NCBI GenBank assembly: GCA_973895155.1
Contig: OZ316893.1
Span: 20,216,857-20,280,856, forward strand
Direction: 5' to 3'
Length of the DNA: 64,000 nt
Source: Marsupella aquatica
Taxonomy: Eukaryota > Plantae > Marchantiophyta
Below are positions 23,622 to 36,676 of the stretch, piece after piece (the first letter of the stretch is position 1; each line of letters begins with the position of its first letter). Both the position numbers and the translations under genes were made by a program. The notes under the pieces are model-generated. The model saw only the letters and a program-made list of their open reading frames with translations. It had not been told where the DNA came from and made no database searches.

Positions 23622-26133
23622 ATGGCATTGCAACGATGGTGGAGAAATGTTCTCTTTCGGAGTTTTGTCGTGGTGTGCCTGGCTTCTATCATGGAGAAGG
23701 CAGACGAGATCCTTCTGCCGTCTGTGTACCGAGAGATAGGATTCGCACTCCATGCGAGCCCATCTAAGCGAGGCAGCCTCACGCTTGTCCGATCAATTAC
23801 TCAGAGGCGTCTTTGGCACCCGTGGCAGGCTTTCTGGCCCAGCAGTACAATAGAGCAAGTATTGTTGCTGCTGGGGCACTGATGTGGGCGGTTGCCACAT
23901 TCTTTGTGGGCATTTCATCCACATTCGCTCAGGTCTTGTCGATACCTGTGCTGGTCCTATTGTTTAAGGGGTACTGAGACAATTCTAGTTGATAGCCCTT
24001 TCTACTTATCAGTACATACCTTCTAATCTGCTCCCTTAATGTCACCATCAAGGAAAGTCAGAGGGGCATTAATCACCGGCTCGATAAAAATGTATGCAGG
24101 TTGCAATAGCCAGAGCATTCAACGGCATCGGATTGGCAGTGGTTGCGGCGTCTATTGAGTCAATGGTAGCAGATTCTACTGGGGATCACAAAAGAGGCAG
24201 GGGTTTTGGTTTCCTTAGTATGGCAGGCAGTGCCGGTTATGTCCTTGGGCAAGTAATTGCGATCCCACTGGCTGGAAAAACATTATTGCTTGTGGCTGGA
24301 GGGAGAATGGCATTTCATTTGGTGGATTTCTTGAGTTCTCCACAACTTAAGCTGCTATGCTCTAAGCTTCCGCAACTGGATCGGTTTCTTGACACTGCAC
24401 TCGCAACCGTCACAATTCTCATTCTGAAGTACTTAGGAATCTTCTTTCTGGGAAGAATTTATTAGATATTAGCACAAACTGGATTTTAAAGAACTGCCTG
24501 TAAAACCCCCGAGAAACTCGCAAGACAGAAATCTTGATGCAACAGACCTTTGCATAACTGAATTGATGCATCATAGGTGAAATAACAATGTACTAGGATT
24601 GTACAAAGAAGACCAGTGAGTCCATTATTCTTCGGAGGGGCTCTCTCGATCAGTAGGGAGAGAAGCATGCTCATCATCACAAGTTTAGCAACAGGAGTTT
24701 GCTGAGAAAGTCATCTGATGTAAATATTGAGGGCCATTCAACAACTTGGATCGAACAACGGTGGAGCAACCTGGGAGCTAATTCCATTTTGCCCAGCATG
24801 TTGTGTCAAAGATTATTAGGATGGTCGTGGTTGAGTCATGACTACTAAAAAATGCAATCCCACAGTATGATCACCAAAGCATCTTGATTGCCACTGTAGA
24901 GTTCCTTCAATAAAACAAAAGGTCACCTAATCGATCTAAAGGTAACTAGTCAAACGTGTTGCCATTCTTCAGTTCAGGATGTAGCTCATGGACTCGAGAC
25001 CACTTTTACAACAACAGAAATCCGTTTACTTTCTCTTCAATTGTGAAATAAATGAGGCAATATATTTTTGTATGGTATGAGTAAGTCTCCAGTAGTTCCG
25101 GTCGTATATTTTGCGTTTTGGATTCTAAAGCAAGCTCTGGCAACATGTGGTTTTTAACTTTTTTGAAGTTTTTCGTGTTCTAGGGCAAGGGAAGAATGTA
25201 CATTCATGGACAAGTTGAAAGAGTTATACCTAGATACAAAGAGTATAATCCACATAAGATCTTTCCAACTATTTGTAGCCCAAGGGGTTGCAGGATCATA
25301 TCCATGGCACCGTTTGCATTTTGTGCCTTGTGGTTGGAGATAGTAGGATTTTCTCATGACTCGACAGCCATCCTCATGGGCTGTTTTTTGTTGGCTACTT
25401 CGTTGGGACATCTGTTTGGTGGATTCCTGGGAGATTATTTGTCTACTCTGCTACCAAATACAGGCAGAATTCTGCTGTCTCAGATCATTCACTGCTGGTT
25501 CTGGGATTCCACTAGGAACAATTCTCTTTCTCGCTCTGCCCAGGGACCCTTCAATACCTGTTTTGCACAGAGCCGTCTTATTTATCATGGGCTTCAATAC
25601 CTGTTTTGCACAGAGCCTTCTTATTTATCATGGGCATCATGATCAGCTGGAATGGTTCCGCAACTAATTGGTAAGCACAAGATGCCTGTCAATTTTTTCT
25701 CCACGACGTTTTGTAGCAAGTATGTTGAGGTGAACCTGATTCTATTTTAGTGCTCCCTCGGTGACATTTTTGGCTCACTTTTATTTGCGGATTGGTCACA
25801 CTTAGTTTTTGGGCCTGTTCAATGTGCAGGCCAATCATTGCAGAGATAGTGCCTGAAAAATCCAAGACTAATATTTACACCCTAGACCGGGCATTTAAGG
25901 AGGAATTTCCATCCTTGTGTTTCCCTTTGTGGGCCTTCTTGCAGAGAATCTTTATTATGGCTATGTCCCCCCTAGAAAGGGAGTGGACGAGTTGGCGATT
26001 GACAAAGGCAATGCCATTGGGTTAGCAAAAGCGCTTTACACAGCATGCTATACCACTTTTTTTGTGTTCTGCAATATACATTGGCCTCTATTGGACATAT
26101 CCCACAGATTGTGATAGTTCGGGAATAGTATGA
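23622..26133 (+). pseudogene. Spinster-type major facilitator superfamily transporter, degenerate
   Basis: LASIMEKADEILLPSVYREIG, VAIARAFNGIGLA..SMVADSTGDHKRGRGFG, GHLFGGFLGD..PNTGRILLSQ, PIIAEIVPEKSKTNIYTLDRAF, GNAIGLAKALY. GT-AG introns. Several frameshifts, an internal deletion near 24335 and a 43-bp tandem duplication at ~25550-25635. Confidence 0.85.
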
Positions 26134-26999
26134 CAGCAAACTCTCCATTCTGAGGTTTACTCTTCTTCAGTCTGTCCCACTGCTATTTATGGATGCTCCA
26201 GCAGAATAAAGGGATGTCTCTTTGGAAGAATTCCGAGGAAGGTACAGGAGAGAATGGGTTCAAGACAAGATATCTGGATTTTGAATAATACGAAGACGCT
26301 TACCAGAGGCTATGGGATGCATTTAGGAAACCTGGCTTACTAGGTTAGAAAGAAGCATATACTCTCTTATCATCCTGAAGTGACCCATTTTTTGGTTAGA
26401 GATGCTAACAATAAAAACTCTATTCTGGTCAAAACTTTGGTTGAAGTAGGCGTGGTATGTAAAGGCTAGAAACGGAATCGTTGTTTCTTTCATACATGTC
26501 GGAAATGATTGGCTGAACTTTCATCTTCTCTTTGCGCATAAGATTTCTGCAAAATATGATTCTGCAAAATCAGTGTACAATACTCACGAGAGGGCATTTG
26601 CAACAGTGCAGCTTTTGTGACCAAACCTCTTTGGTCACAGGCTTGGTTTAAAGTGTCATTACAAAGTGAAATTCAGACCGGGTGTCTTCTTGACAGGTAC
26701 CAGTGGATGGAAATCGTGATCTAGAGTAAGTAATGATTTGTCTGGACCTCTCTCGGTGTACTCTTAAAGAATTTGGCCAATTTTTATGGTGGTTTTATAA
26801 CTTGTTATTATATTACAGCAAATCATCTCATCCTCTTGACAGTGATACGTTACTAGGGGAGTTACATTCGTTAGAATTGGAGTGTCGTCCTCTCAACGTT
26901 GGGGAATATCCTGATGCTGAAATATTAGATCTGGTGCCACTTAAATGTTCCCCAAGTCTTGATTCCTAAGCATTGCATTCAGTACAGCCCATACACATA

Positions 27000-27180
27000 A
27001 TTGTGTAGACAGCTCGGAATACAACTACACCAACTAGGATCTGGAGTGTTATCCCCTTAAGCTGAAATACAGCGCCAAACATATAATTGTGTGCACAGCT
27101 TGGAATACAATTACACTTGTGTAGACAGTTTGGAATACAACTACACTTTGTGTAGACAGCTTGGAATACAACGACACCAA
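27000..27180. repeat. ~30-bp tandem/minisatellite repeat (tgtgtagacagcttggaatacaactacac)
   Basis: Unit visible at ~27002, 27088, 27118 and 27149. Confidence 0.8.
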
Positions 27181-28241
27181 CCACATCAAGATGAGTGGGC
27201 CTCCGAGTAATGTGGGCTTAAAATTAACTTGGATGCTAATTGACAGCAGTTCCGAAACTTTGCAATCTGCTGGAGGTTGTCAGGAAGCATGCTCACATTC
27301 CATAGCTTCTGGCCCTTGTTTAGTAGATCTCTTCCGTGGATCTAGATTGACCTTGACAATATAATACATGGCAAAAGATGTATCCTGTTTGTATTTGTTA
27401 AAGATTTCATCTGGGTTACGAAAGCCCATCCACTCATTGCTGGATGCCATGGCAGCTTTTTTCCAAAGGAAAGGAAAACAATTGTTAGTTACGTGTGTGC
27501 ACTTTTCTACAGGTTTATTTTGTACTTTGTAGGCTATTTGTCATTAAATTTGTTCTCCTTTTCAATTGGTATGGAACTACTTTCACTTACTATTAGCGTG
27601 GCTAACACTAAATCTGGTTCAACAGTTTTTTGCACTTTTTATTTTTATTTTTGCCCATTTTTGCGCAGTTTTGTTTTTTGTTCCTCCAAATGATGAGCAT
27701 AGACGACATTCGCAACGGCAAGCCCATGAACCATCTAACGCACAATAGTCGACACAGAGAGATACGTGGTTCACCTCCACATGAGGCTACGTCCACGGGA
27801 ACACACAAGAGCTTTACTGCACTCTAGGCCGACCGGCCATACCAAGCATCCACAGCACAAGCTCTCCCTATCTCTCAACTAGTTCCGTAACAATGAGCCT
27901 AAGTTCCACCAGGGTCTGGCATCAGCCCTGGCTATATGCACAACAGCACTACCGCTAACCTTAGCTAGGTCCTAACCCGAGTTAGCCTAACTGTGGTTAG
28001 CACAAGAGTCACAAGACTAGAGCAATATCTAACAAACTCCCCCTTGACTCTTGTCTTGGGGACTGGACTAAATGCTACCATATGGAATCCTCAGCGGGAA
28101 GTTCTAGACAATCACCAAACCAGGTCTCCCCCTAAAAACCACAAGGGTTAACTAAGGGTTAACTAGAACTAAGCCGTAGCCTAACAGGAATGAGTAATCC
28201 ATATACAAATAGTCACACATTGCTAAATAACTCTACTTGCA

Positions 28242-31200
28242 CTACAACTGCAAAACCTGCAAAGTAGCACGGTGTCTTGAGAAACTCTCCAAAGGAATCA
28301 CTAAATTGGTAAAAGCAGCAGCGGGATTGAGCTTTCCATCAATCTTGACTAGCTCAAAAGTTTTATCAGACACTACTTTCCTGATAAAATGGTACCTGAT
28401 ATCAATGTGATTCACCCTTCTATCCATCACCTGGTTAGCAGCCAAGTGAAGAGCACTCTGACTATCACAGTTTAGAGTCATTTTTCCATGCTCTAAACCC
28501 ATCTCCGCGATCAACTTATCCAACCAAATTGCTTCCTTTGCAGCTTCTACTGTTGCAACATACTCTGCTTCTGTAGTAGACTGAGATATGCACTTCTGCA
28601 AGGTAGATTTCCAACTGATACATCCTCCTCCAAGAGTGTATACAATCCCAGTTGTAGATCTCCTTGTATCCAGACAGCCTCCATAGTCAGAATCTAAATA
28701 GCCAACTAACGTTCTATTTGATCTGTTATCAAATAGTAATCCATAGTCTTGTGTTCCCTTCAGATACCTGAGAATCCACTTCACAGTTTCCCAATGTATC
28801 TTCCCTGGATTTGACATGAATCTGCTAACCTTGCCCATCGCTAGGGCCAAGTCAGGCCTAGTACAAGTCATCAAATACATCAGACTGCCTACTGCCTTCT
28901 CATAAGGAATCTTAGCCATCAGACCTTTCTCCACAGCATCCGTAGGAGAGAAAGCCGATGATAACTTGAAATGTGAAGCTAAAGGAATACTCACTGGCTT
29001 ACAATTTTCCATGTTGAATCGTGCAAGTACTTTCCTCGCATACTAGCCTTGACTCAAGCACAACTGTTCAGTCTCAGAGTTCCTAAAAATCTCCATCCCT
29101 AAGATTCTCTTGGCCTTACCAAGATCCTTCATCCTGAATTCAGCACTCAATTTTGCATTGTTAACCTCAGATTGATCTTTAGCCACAATCAACATGTCAT
29201 CCACATAGATAACCAAAATGATGAAACCAAATACATCATTCTTGACTGATTTCGTATACACACAAGGATCATACACCATCCTTGTAAAACCTTGAGCAAG
29301 CATGAAATTATCAAACCGCTTGTTCCACTATCTGGGAGATTGCTTCAATCCATACAAGGACTTGAGCAATCTGCAAACTAAGTTCTCTTGGCCCTTCTTC
29401 ATAAAGCCTAGTGGCTGTCTCATGAAGATCATCTCTTCCAAGTTGCCATAGAGAAAAGCAGTAACAACATCCATCTGATCCATCACCAGACCAAAAAACA
29501 CAACAAGTTGACACAAGATCCAAATTGTGGAATACTTAGCAACCGGTGAAAAGACCTCATTGTAATCCACTCCTTTCTCCTGAGTGAATCCCTTGGCAAC
29601 AAGCCTTGCCTTGTAGATCTTGTCTCCACCCTCTGAACGACTATCCTTCAACTTGTAAATCCACTTGTTGTCCACCACTTGCTGACCTCTTGGAAGCTCC
29701 ACTAGCTCCCGTGTCTTGTTGTCACTCAAAGATTGCAACTCCCTCTGCATTGCTGCATTCCACTCATGCTTCTGCTCTGAAGCACAAGCCTCACTATACG
29801 AAGAAGGCTCTCCTTCTTCCAAGATCAAAGCCATATCATCTTCATCAGGTGCAATGTCAATATCATCTAGCTTAGATGAGTCTGCCCATTGACCATACCT
29901 GGTAGGAGCTCTAGTAGAACGACTGGAAGTTCTTCTAGTAGATGACTCAGGCTGATCTGTTGCTGCTGCTGGTTGAATTTGAGGTACCCTAGCAACAATT
30001 TGCTCCTCTTGTTCCATCATAGGAACCAGCTCCAAGCTCGGAGCTTCTCCATCTCTCCTGTCATGAACTGCATCATGACTAATCTCCCCCTCATCCCGGT
30101 CCGGGATGAGAGATTTCCCCTTGTCAATATGGGAGTCTTGAGAACTCTCCCCCTCCTTTGATGATCTGGATTCACTAAAGGACACATCTCTACTGACAAT
30201 TAGCTTACAGGTTACTGGATCCCATAACCTATAACCCTTCACACCTTTCTCATAACCAAGGAAAATGCACTTCTTCGACTTGGACTCCAGCTTGGATCGA
30301 AGCTGGGAAGGTGTAAGCACATAAGCATCACATCCAAAAATCCTCAGATGTGAGTAATCTGCTGGACGCCCGTACCTCATTTCAAATGGCGTCTTGAATC
30401 CAATAGAACTGGATGGAGAAAAATTTACCAAATAAGCTGCAGTGTTGACAGCTTCAGCCCAAAACTCATGTGGTAAGCATGATTGACTCAACATACTCCT
30501 CGAGCGGTCCAATAGTGTTCGGTTGAGTCTCTCAGAAACACCATTCTGCTGAGGACTATAACTTGTTGTGAGATGGCAGGTAATCCCCTGCTCCTTACAA
30601 TACGTTCTAAATTCCCCGGAATAGTATTCACCGCCGTTATCCGATCGAAGATATCTCACCTTGTGACAGGGCCCCAAACCCGGTAATAACTTAGTGATAA
30701 CTTATAATTGCGTATATAAGTAGAAAGACAAGTAGGTGTAGTAAAGTGTTTGGATTTTCAAATTTTTCATTTTTGTTAGTTCTAATAAATGGATGCGACA
30801 ACCGGACGAAACGGAGTTGAGAGGGGTGCCGGACGGTGATGGATGACAAGGGAACCATTGAGGGGGTACAAGGAGGCCACAAGTCAGCCCAAGGACTTGG
30901 AGCCAAGGTGTGGGCATCTTGGAGGGGTGGGGGCTGGTCGGAGACTCCACGTAAGGCGCAAAACGGGAAGAATGACCAAAATATAGAAAATGTTGAAACT
31001 TAAAATAGGCGTTGCTGCGCTAGTACTATTCCAAACATGGTCATGTTTGGATTCATTTTGAAGCCCTCAATGAGCCCCATGCGAAATCTAGTTGATTTTA
31101 GGTCTATATCAAACAGTGACATCTTGAGGGACCTCAACGCCCGTAAAACGACAAACTAGGCAATCTTGGAATAGTGATGGTGAGAGGGCCCTTAGAAGGA

Positions 31201-34200
31201 AGGGGTTCCCACATTTGTGTTCCCCTTCACCCTTTGTGTGGTCCTCACGTGGTTTTTTGCTCTCTTTCCCTTCCCCATTTCGTAGAGGGGCACTCCTTAG
31301 AAGGGCCCTCACACTTTCTTCCTTCCCTTTTTCTCTATTCTCACTTAAGGGGTTTCCACCCATCCCTAAACCCTTTCCCTCTTGTGCTTGCTTTCAACGT
31401 GTGTACGGACCCTGGTTGTACGAACATCAGATTTTTGACCATCTCAAAATCAAAAGTCTACAGGCTTGTTGGAATGAGCTCGCCGAGCTGAATCCAACGA
31501 TGTGTCACGCGGCTAAAACGGAGCTAAGACGGGGGAGATACAACTGATCGCGTTTTTTGAGAATACTGGGGTTTTTGAGGCCTTACGGACGTCCGTACAG
31601 TAAGAGGTCCCGGCTTTGCAAGGGAAGAAGGAGGTAGCAGCACATACGGAGAAACCGTGATCTGTGTTCTGCAAAGACAGGCCCCCTGGTGTTGTACGGA
31701 TGAAACAGAGGGAGACGATGCCCCGTGAAAACTTAAACAACCATATCTTGGCCGTTTGACCTCCGTTTTGTGCACCGTTTACGGAGCCGTGATCAGGAAG
31801 AGGAGGGCTCCTCAGATATGTTTTCAGAAGTGAATTCTGAGAAAATTTTAGTTTCGACAATTGTAGGGGCCCCCTCCTTTTACAACGGACCAGAGGTGGC
31901 AATCAGGAGGATTGAGGCTGGTAGGCAAGGTAGATAGATAGGATAGGAGGTGGTGGACTCAAGTGAGTCCTTGTTTAGTGAAGTGGCACTCACTCCAGTG
32001 GAGAGCGGTGAGGAGACCAACTCACGGGGCTCAAGCCAGGGCACCGTGAGTGAAGAGGAGGAGGATTAGAGTGGTCGTACGGACATGGTTGTACGACCCC
32101 TTGACTTTCCAACTTTTTTGTGAGGGGTCACTCACGGGCTTGTTGGAAAGAGCTCGCGGAGCTGATTCCAACAAGAGGCGGCGCTCCTCAAACGGAGCCA
32201 GGATGAGCAAGTTAGGGCCCGACGAAGTTGGGTTTACGGGATACTGAAACGACCATAACTTGGTCGTCCAATGTCCGTTTCAAGAGCGGTTGAGTGATTC
32301 ATGATCAGGAGGAGAGGGGCCATCCAGGGGTGAACTCAGAAGTGCAAGTGGAAGGGCACCTAGTTTCGGCCATTGTGGGGTTCCTTGCAATTTCACAGTT
32401 CACGGAGTAATGTTGGGGCGCCGTCGAAGGCACCGTCGACCCCATTGTTAGTTTAGGGTTTAGGGTTTTAGAAGCATGTGTGTGCCGCATGCTTTTAGTT
32501 TAGGGGTTTCTTAGTGAAGGGTTTAGCGGCGCCGCTAGGGTAAGCCGCCATTGTTGTGGCCCCGTGAGGGGTGCTTTGGTGTGTTTTTTGGTATTTAGGG
32601 GGAAGAGCCCCGTAGTAGTGGGGGGGGGGGAACTCAGCATAGTGCTTTGATGCTTTTGAGTAGCGCACCGATTAGGTGAAGTTCAAGCCAGAGTAGTGAG
32701 GTGGAGAACGTAGCACTTGTCCCAGGGAGGCAGGAGTTGGGCAGACGGCAAGAGGCCGGGTTGTCCTTGCATGTGTTACGGGAAACACCAAGAGATATGG
32801 ATTTGGCTTGAGGTTCCAATATTTTGTGTCACTTGTTGTTGCTTGTGTTGTTTGTTTTCCTCCCCTAGTGCATGTGGTCGGTTTCATTGTGGAAACATTT
32901 GCCCTTGTCACTAGTGTTCAAACCTTACTGTAAACGTTTGTATGCTTGCCCATGAGAGGGGGGTGGTGACAGCACTCACCCGGTGGGCATGAGTTGTAGA
33001 TGGTAGGACCAGTCCCTTGGACTTGATCAAAAACGGAGAGACCAGTCGGTAGACTTGATCAAAAAGTATACTTCCGGGAGCGGAATCAAACATACTCATC
33101 CTTAGGTGTGAAAATCCTCCAAATAGCGTCCCTCCACGACCCCGTAATACGATACCAACGGTTTAAGCGAAGAAAAGTATGGTTTGCACGTATTAATCGT
33201 TGGATAGGCAAGTGACACACCTTATTACCAGTCTGATTCTCAACTTGGGCTTTCCACTCCTTAAAAGTGGCAAAAACATCAAACTTATTGTGTAGAAAGT
33301 ATATCCACACATACCTTGAGTAATCGTCTATGAACGTGACATAGTATAACCGTCCAGAATGTGAGGGAGTAGGGGCTGGACCCCACACATCACTATGTAC
33401 ATACTCAAGTACCTCCTTGCTGGTGTGAGTTCCAACTCCAAAGGGTTTCCTGTGCTGATTCCCTAGCACACAGTGCTCACAAAATTCCAACTTACAAGAT
33501 TGCAAATTAGAAAGTAATCCTTTCTTCTGAAGAATAACCAAACCTTTTTCACTCATGTGGCCCAAACAAAAGTGCCACAGCCGGGCCGTCTCCTCATGAG
33601 ATAAGGTTACATTGGCTTCATCACAAACTACACTGCCCTCCAAAACGTATAGATTGTTATGTCTCTTTCCCTTCAATACAACTTTAGTACCAGTTGAAAC
33701 CTGAAGGACACCATTAGCAGAGCTCCACTGATGGCCATTTGCTTCTAAAACTCCAAGTGAAATGAGATTTTTCATCATGCTGGGAATATGTCTCACATTC
33801 CTCAACGTTCTCACAACACCATCAAACATTTGAAATCTTACAGATCCAAGTCCAACAACTTGATATGGGATTCCATTTCCCATCAACACTGACCCGTTGG
33901 AAACCGTGTAAGAACTGAAACAATCTCTCCTAGAGCAAATGTGAAAAGTACATGCACTATCTAGAATCCAGTCATCACTATCTGGATTTGACACTACGTT
34001 GAGAGCATAACCTTGACATCACAATATGTCATCATCATCGAGTAAATCTACCTCATGCGAGCTCGATGCCGCATTAGCAGAGGCAGTAGGGACCTTTACT
34101 CGACAATCCCTTTTCATGTGGCCAGGCTTGCCATAATTCCAACATGCAAGAGGCTTCCTCTCTTGCGATTTCCCTCTGGATTTAGATCTCCCCCGTGATG

Positions 34201-35082
34201 TAGATCTAAACCTGTTCTGCCCATTCGTGCGTTGCGCTGCTCTTCCCCTGTTCACATTCAGCGCAGTGCCAGAATTTAGGGTGTGTCTGTGATTGATCCA
34301 GCTTCTTCTGAGCATCATCAGACAATAATGAGCTCACCACCTCATTATACGAAATGGACTTCAAATCTCTGTACAAGAGCACCTGTTTCAAGCCCTGATA
34401 AGATGGCGGTAAGGAGCTTAGCAGAAGCAAGGCCTTATCCTCATCTTCAACTCCTTTTCCCAGGTTTGACAGATCCACCGCTAGACTGTCAAATTCATTC
34501 AGGTGATCCTACATCTTGCTCCCTTCCTTGAGCCTAAGGCTCATCAAGAGAGACTTCTTGTACAGCCGGTCTGACGCATCTTCCCGGTAGTACTTCTCTC
34601 TTAGAGCCTTGAACAGTGACGTGCAATCCGCATAATCATCCAGCTGCTTGATGATGTGCGGCTTGAGATATAGCATCACTGCATTGACAACAATCACCTG
34701 CTCCTATCTCCACTGTCTCAAAGAAATCTCCTCCTCTCCATCATACTGCTCTCGCGAAGAGAGCAGAGAGCAGATGAGCCAAGCCCATGGCCCGTAGAAC
34801 ACCCTTCACTTGCTTCTCCCATAGCAAGTAATCAGTACGACCATCGTACTTCTCCACCTCAAACTTTACTCCTCCGAATCTAGCCATCTCCCTCTTCTTC
34901 CCTACTACCGACAGCTCTGGTAGTAACACAGCTTTCTCCACTGCACGTCGCACCGGTGATCGTACTGGTGTCACTAGTTCCTCCTCAAACGGTAGCAGCT
35001 CCTCCTCAGACTCACCGTCTGATCGTCGCGATCCTGAAGCTCCACCGACGCCAATTCTTCTAGTATCCTCCGAGTCACTCAT
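28242..35082 (-). pseudogene. Copia gag-pol polyprotein, disrupted
   Basis: KFEVEKYDG..WEKQVK (gag), CWNYGKPGHMKRDC (degenerate zinc knuckle), WILDSAC (protease), HFCLGH..CEHC, VHSDVWG, YLRSDNGGEY, QQNGVSER (integrase), YKARLVAKG, YVDDML (RT), YLDSDYGG, CDSQSA (RNase H). Multiple stops and frameshifts. Confidence 0.95.
30662..33217. mobile_element. 2556-bp solo-LTR-like insertion in the copia integrase
   Basis: TGT...ACA termini. 5-bp TSD CACCT at 30657-30661 and 33218-33222. Removal restores ENQTGNKV-RYLRSDNGGEY. No recognisable coding domains inside. Confidence 0.85.
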
Positions 35083-35548
35083 ATGAAACAATCACGAAAA
35101 GACGTCTTTTTTCAAAACTTCTCATAAAACTCAAAACTCAACACCACCGCGTAGCCCACGAAGCTAGGAGTCCAATATTGAAAGCCAAAATCAAAATCAA
35201 AATTTGACGGAAAAGTTATTCAAATTTTGGTCGGGTGGGTAATACCTTGGGAAACTCCCCTGTTTTGACCACCTCGGAGAATAACCATAATACCAAGTAC
35301 AACACGTCGTCGGAATTGCGATGTGATCGGTGCGCCGCGTTGCTAACTCCATTGGCAACGTCCTTGCCGAAAAAGAACTAAAAAAGTTACCGTTCGGCGG
35401 ACGGAATCGTTGTCGGACGGCCAAAAAACAGCTCTCTATTTTTTTGGGAATATTCCCGCACAGTCCAACAGGGCTCACAGGGGGCCGTTCCCCCTGTCGG
35501 AGCGGTTAAAATGGAGGGTCACAGGGCCTGGGATGAGGCACAACCAAT

Positions 35549-35738
35549 GAGGAGGAGGAGAGAAAAAAATTCAGAAAAACAGTCTAAAGGGGTCTTAAAG
35601 CCCCTGGCAAAGGCGCCCGTATTCGCGGCCAGAATCGCGTATAGGAGGAGGAGAGAAAAAAAATTCAGAAAAACACACTCTAAAGGGGTCTTAAAGCCCC
35701 TGGCAAAGGCGCACGTATTCGCGGCCAGAATCGCGTAT
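35549..35738. repeat. ~95-bp tandem duplication in the copia 5' leader
   Basis: ggaggaggagagaaaaaaattcagaaaaac...taaaggggtcttaaagcccctggcaaaggcg..gtattcgcggccagaatcgcgtata occurs twice. Confidence 0.9.
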
Positions 35739-36664
35739 AAACAGCAAAAAACATGAAAAAATGAGTTTAAAGGGGTCAAAACGCGCGTATTTTGGCATAT
35801 TTGTGCCGTATATGGGCGTTTTTGGCCGTATTTGGGCCCAAAAAAGCACGTTTTCATGCTTAAAGGGGTGTGGGACCGGCCGCGCCGGGGCGTATGGCGA
35901 ACCTGGTTTGTCGGGTATTGGGGCCTTATTGGGGCAAAAAATGCCCTAAACTAACCTTAAAAATGTGCCCAAAATGACACAAAGGCCGTGTTACAAACCT
36001 CAGCCGCCTCCGCTTTGGTTTCCAATGAGAAAAGTGATGACTGCCGACATGAAAATGTTTCCGAATTGCACCGGCACGTCTGAAGCTCCACTAGAGAAAG
36101 AACTTCTGTTGCGTCGCCTTCACTCCGCGTCAAGTGCCAATCCCGGACTCAAAACAACCGTCTCGCCACGATCTCTCCGTTGAGCCTTGGCACTTTGCGT
36201 TTCTTCCTCCGAGTCAAGCGTCACGACGAGTAATCCGGTTTAGGGAAAAACAAGCACCATAGCTTGTCAAAAAACCAGAACGCCTCCTTCACTCGTCACA
36301 ACACACTCGTTCCGCAAACATTAGCAAACTAGATACCAAAACGACCAGCACGCTCCAACCTTCAACTTGAACTATCACATGTGACGCCCCGCACACCGCA
36401 CAGCTCACACCATTGAAGAAACAATCTCTGGTTTCTCCCTTGAAATACCGTCGAACACAAATAAACCCTGAACGACGCAAACATCAAATCCTCCGCACCA
36501 CGGATACCGATCAACGAGTTCTAACCACCGTTAGAAAGCCCTCTCACTAACCTATCCGCACAACCACATACATTTGAGTTTCATGCGACGAAACTCCAAA
36601 TGTACCATCGACAATGAATGCTGGAAAAACCTGTCACGAAAAAACCTCGTCACCTCCCAGGCAT

Positions 36665-36676
36665 GCTCTGATACCA
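36665..36676 (-). promoter_or_regulatory. Primer-binding site (tRNA-iMet) of the copia element
   Basis: GCTCTGATACCA on the + strand, 2 nt from the 5' LTR. Confidence 0.95.

Noticed and set aside
27000-27180. 30-bp repeats as a CRISPR array
   Set aside because: Mostly head-to-tail units without regular spacers; an ordinary minisatellite.
31109-33099. Many 60-130 aa ORFs inside the nested insertion
   Set aside because: No domain motifs, and they overlap on both strands, as expected by chance in GC-richer LTR DNA.
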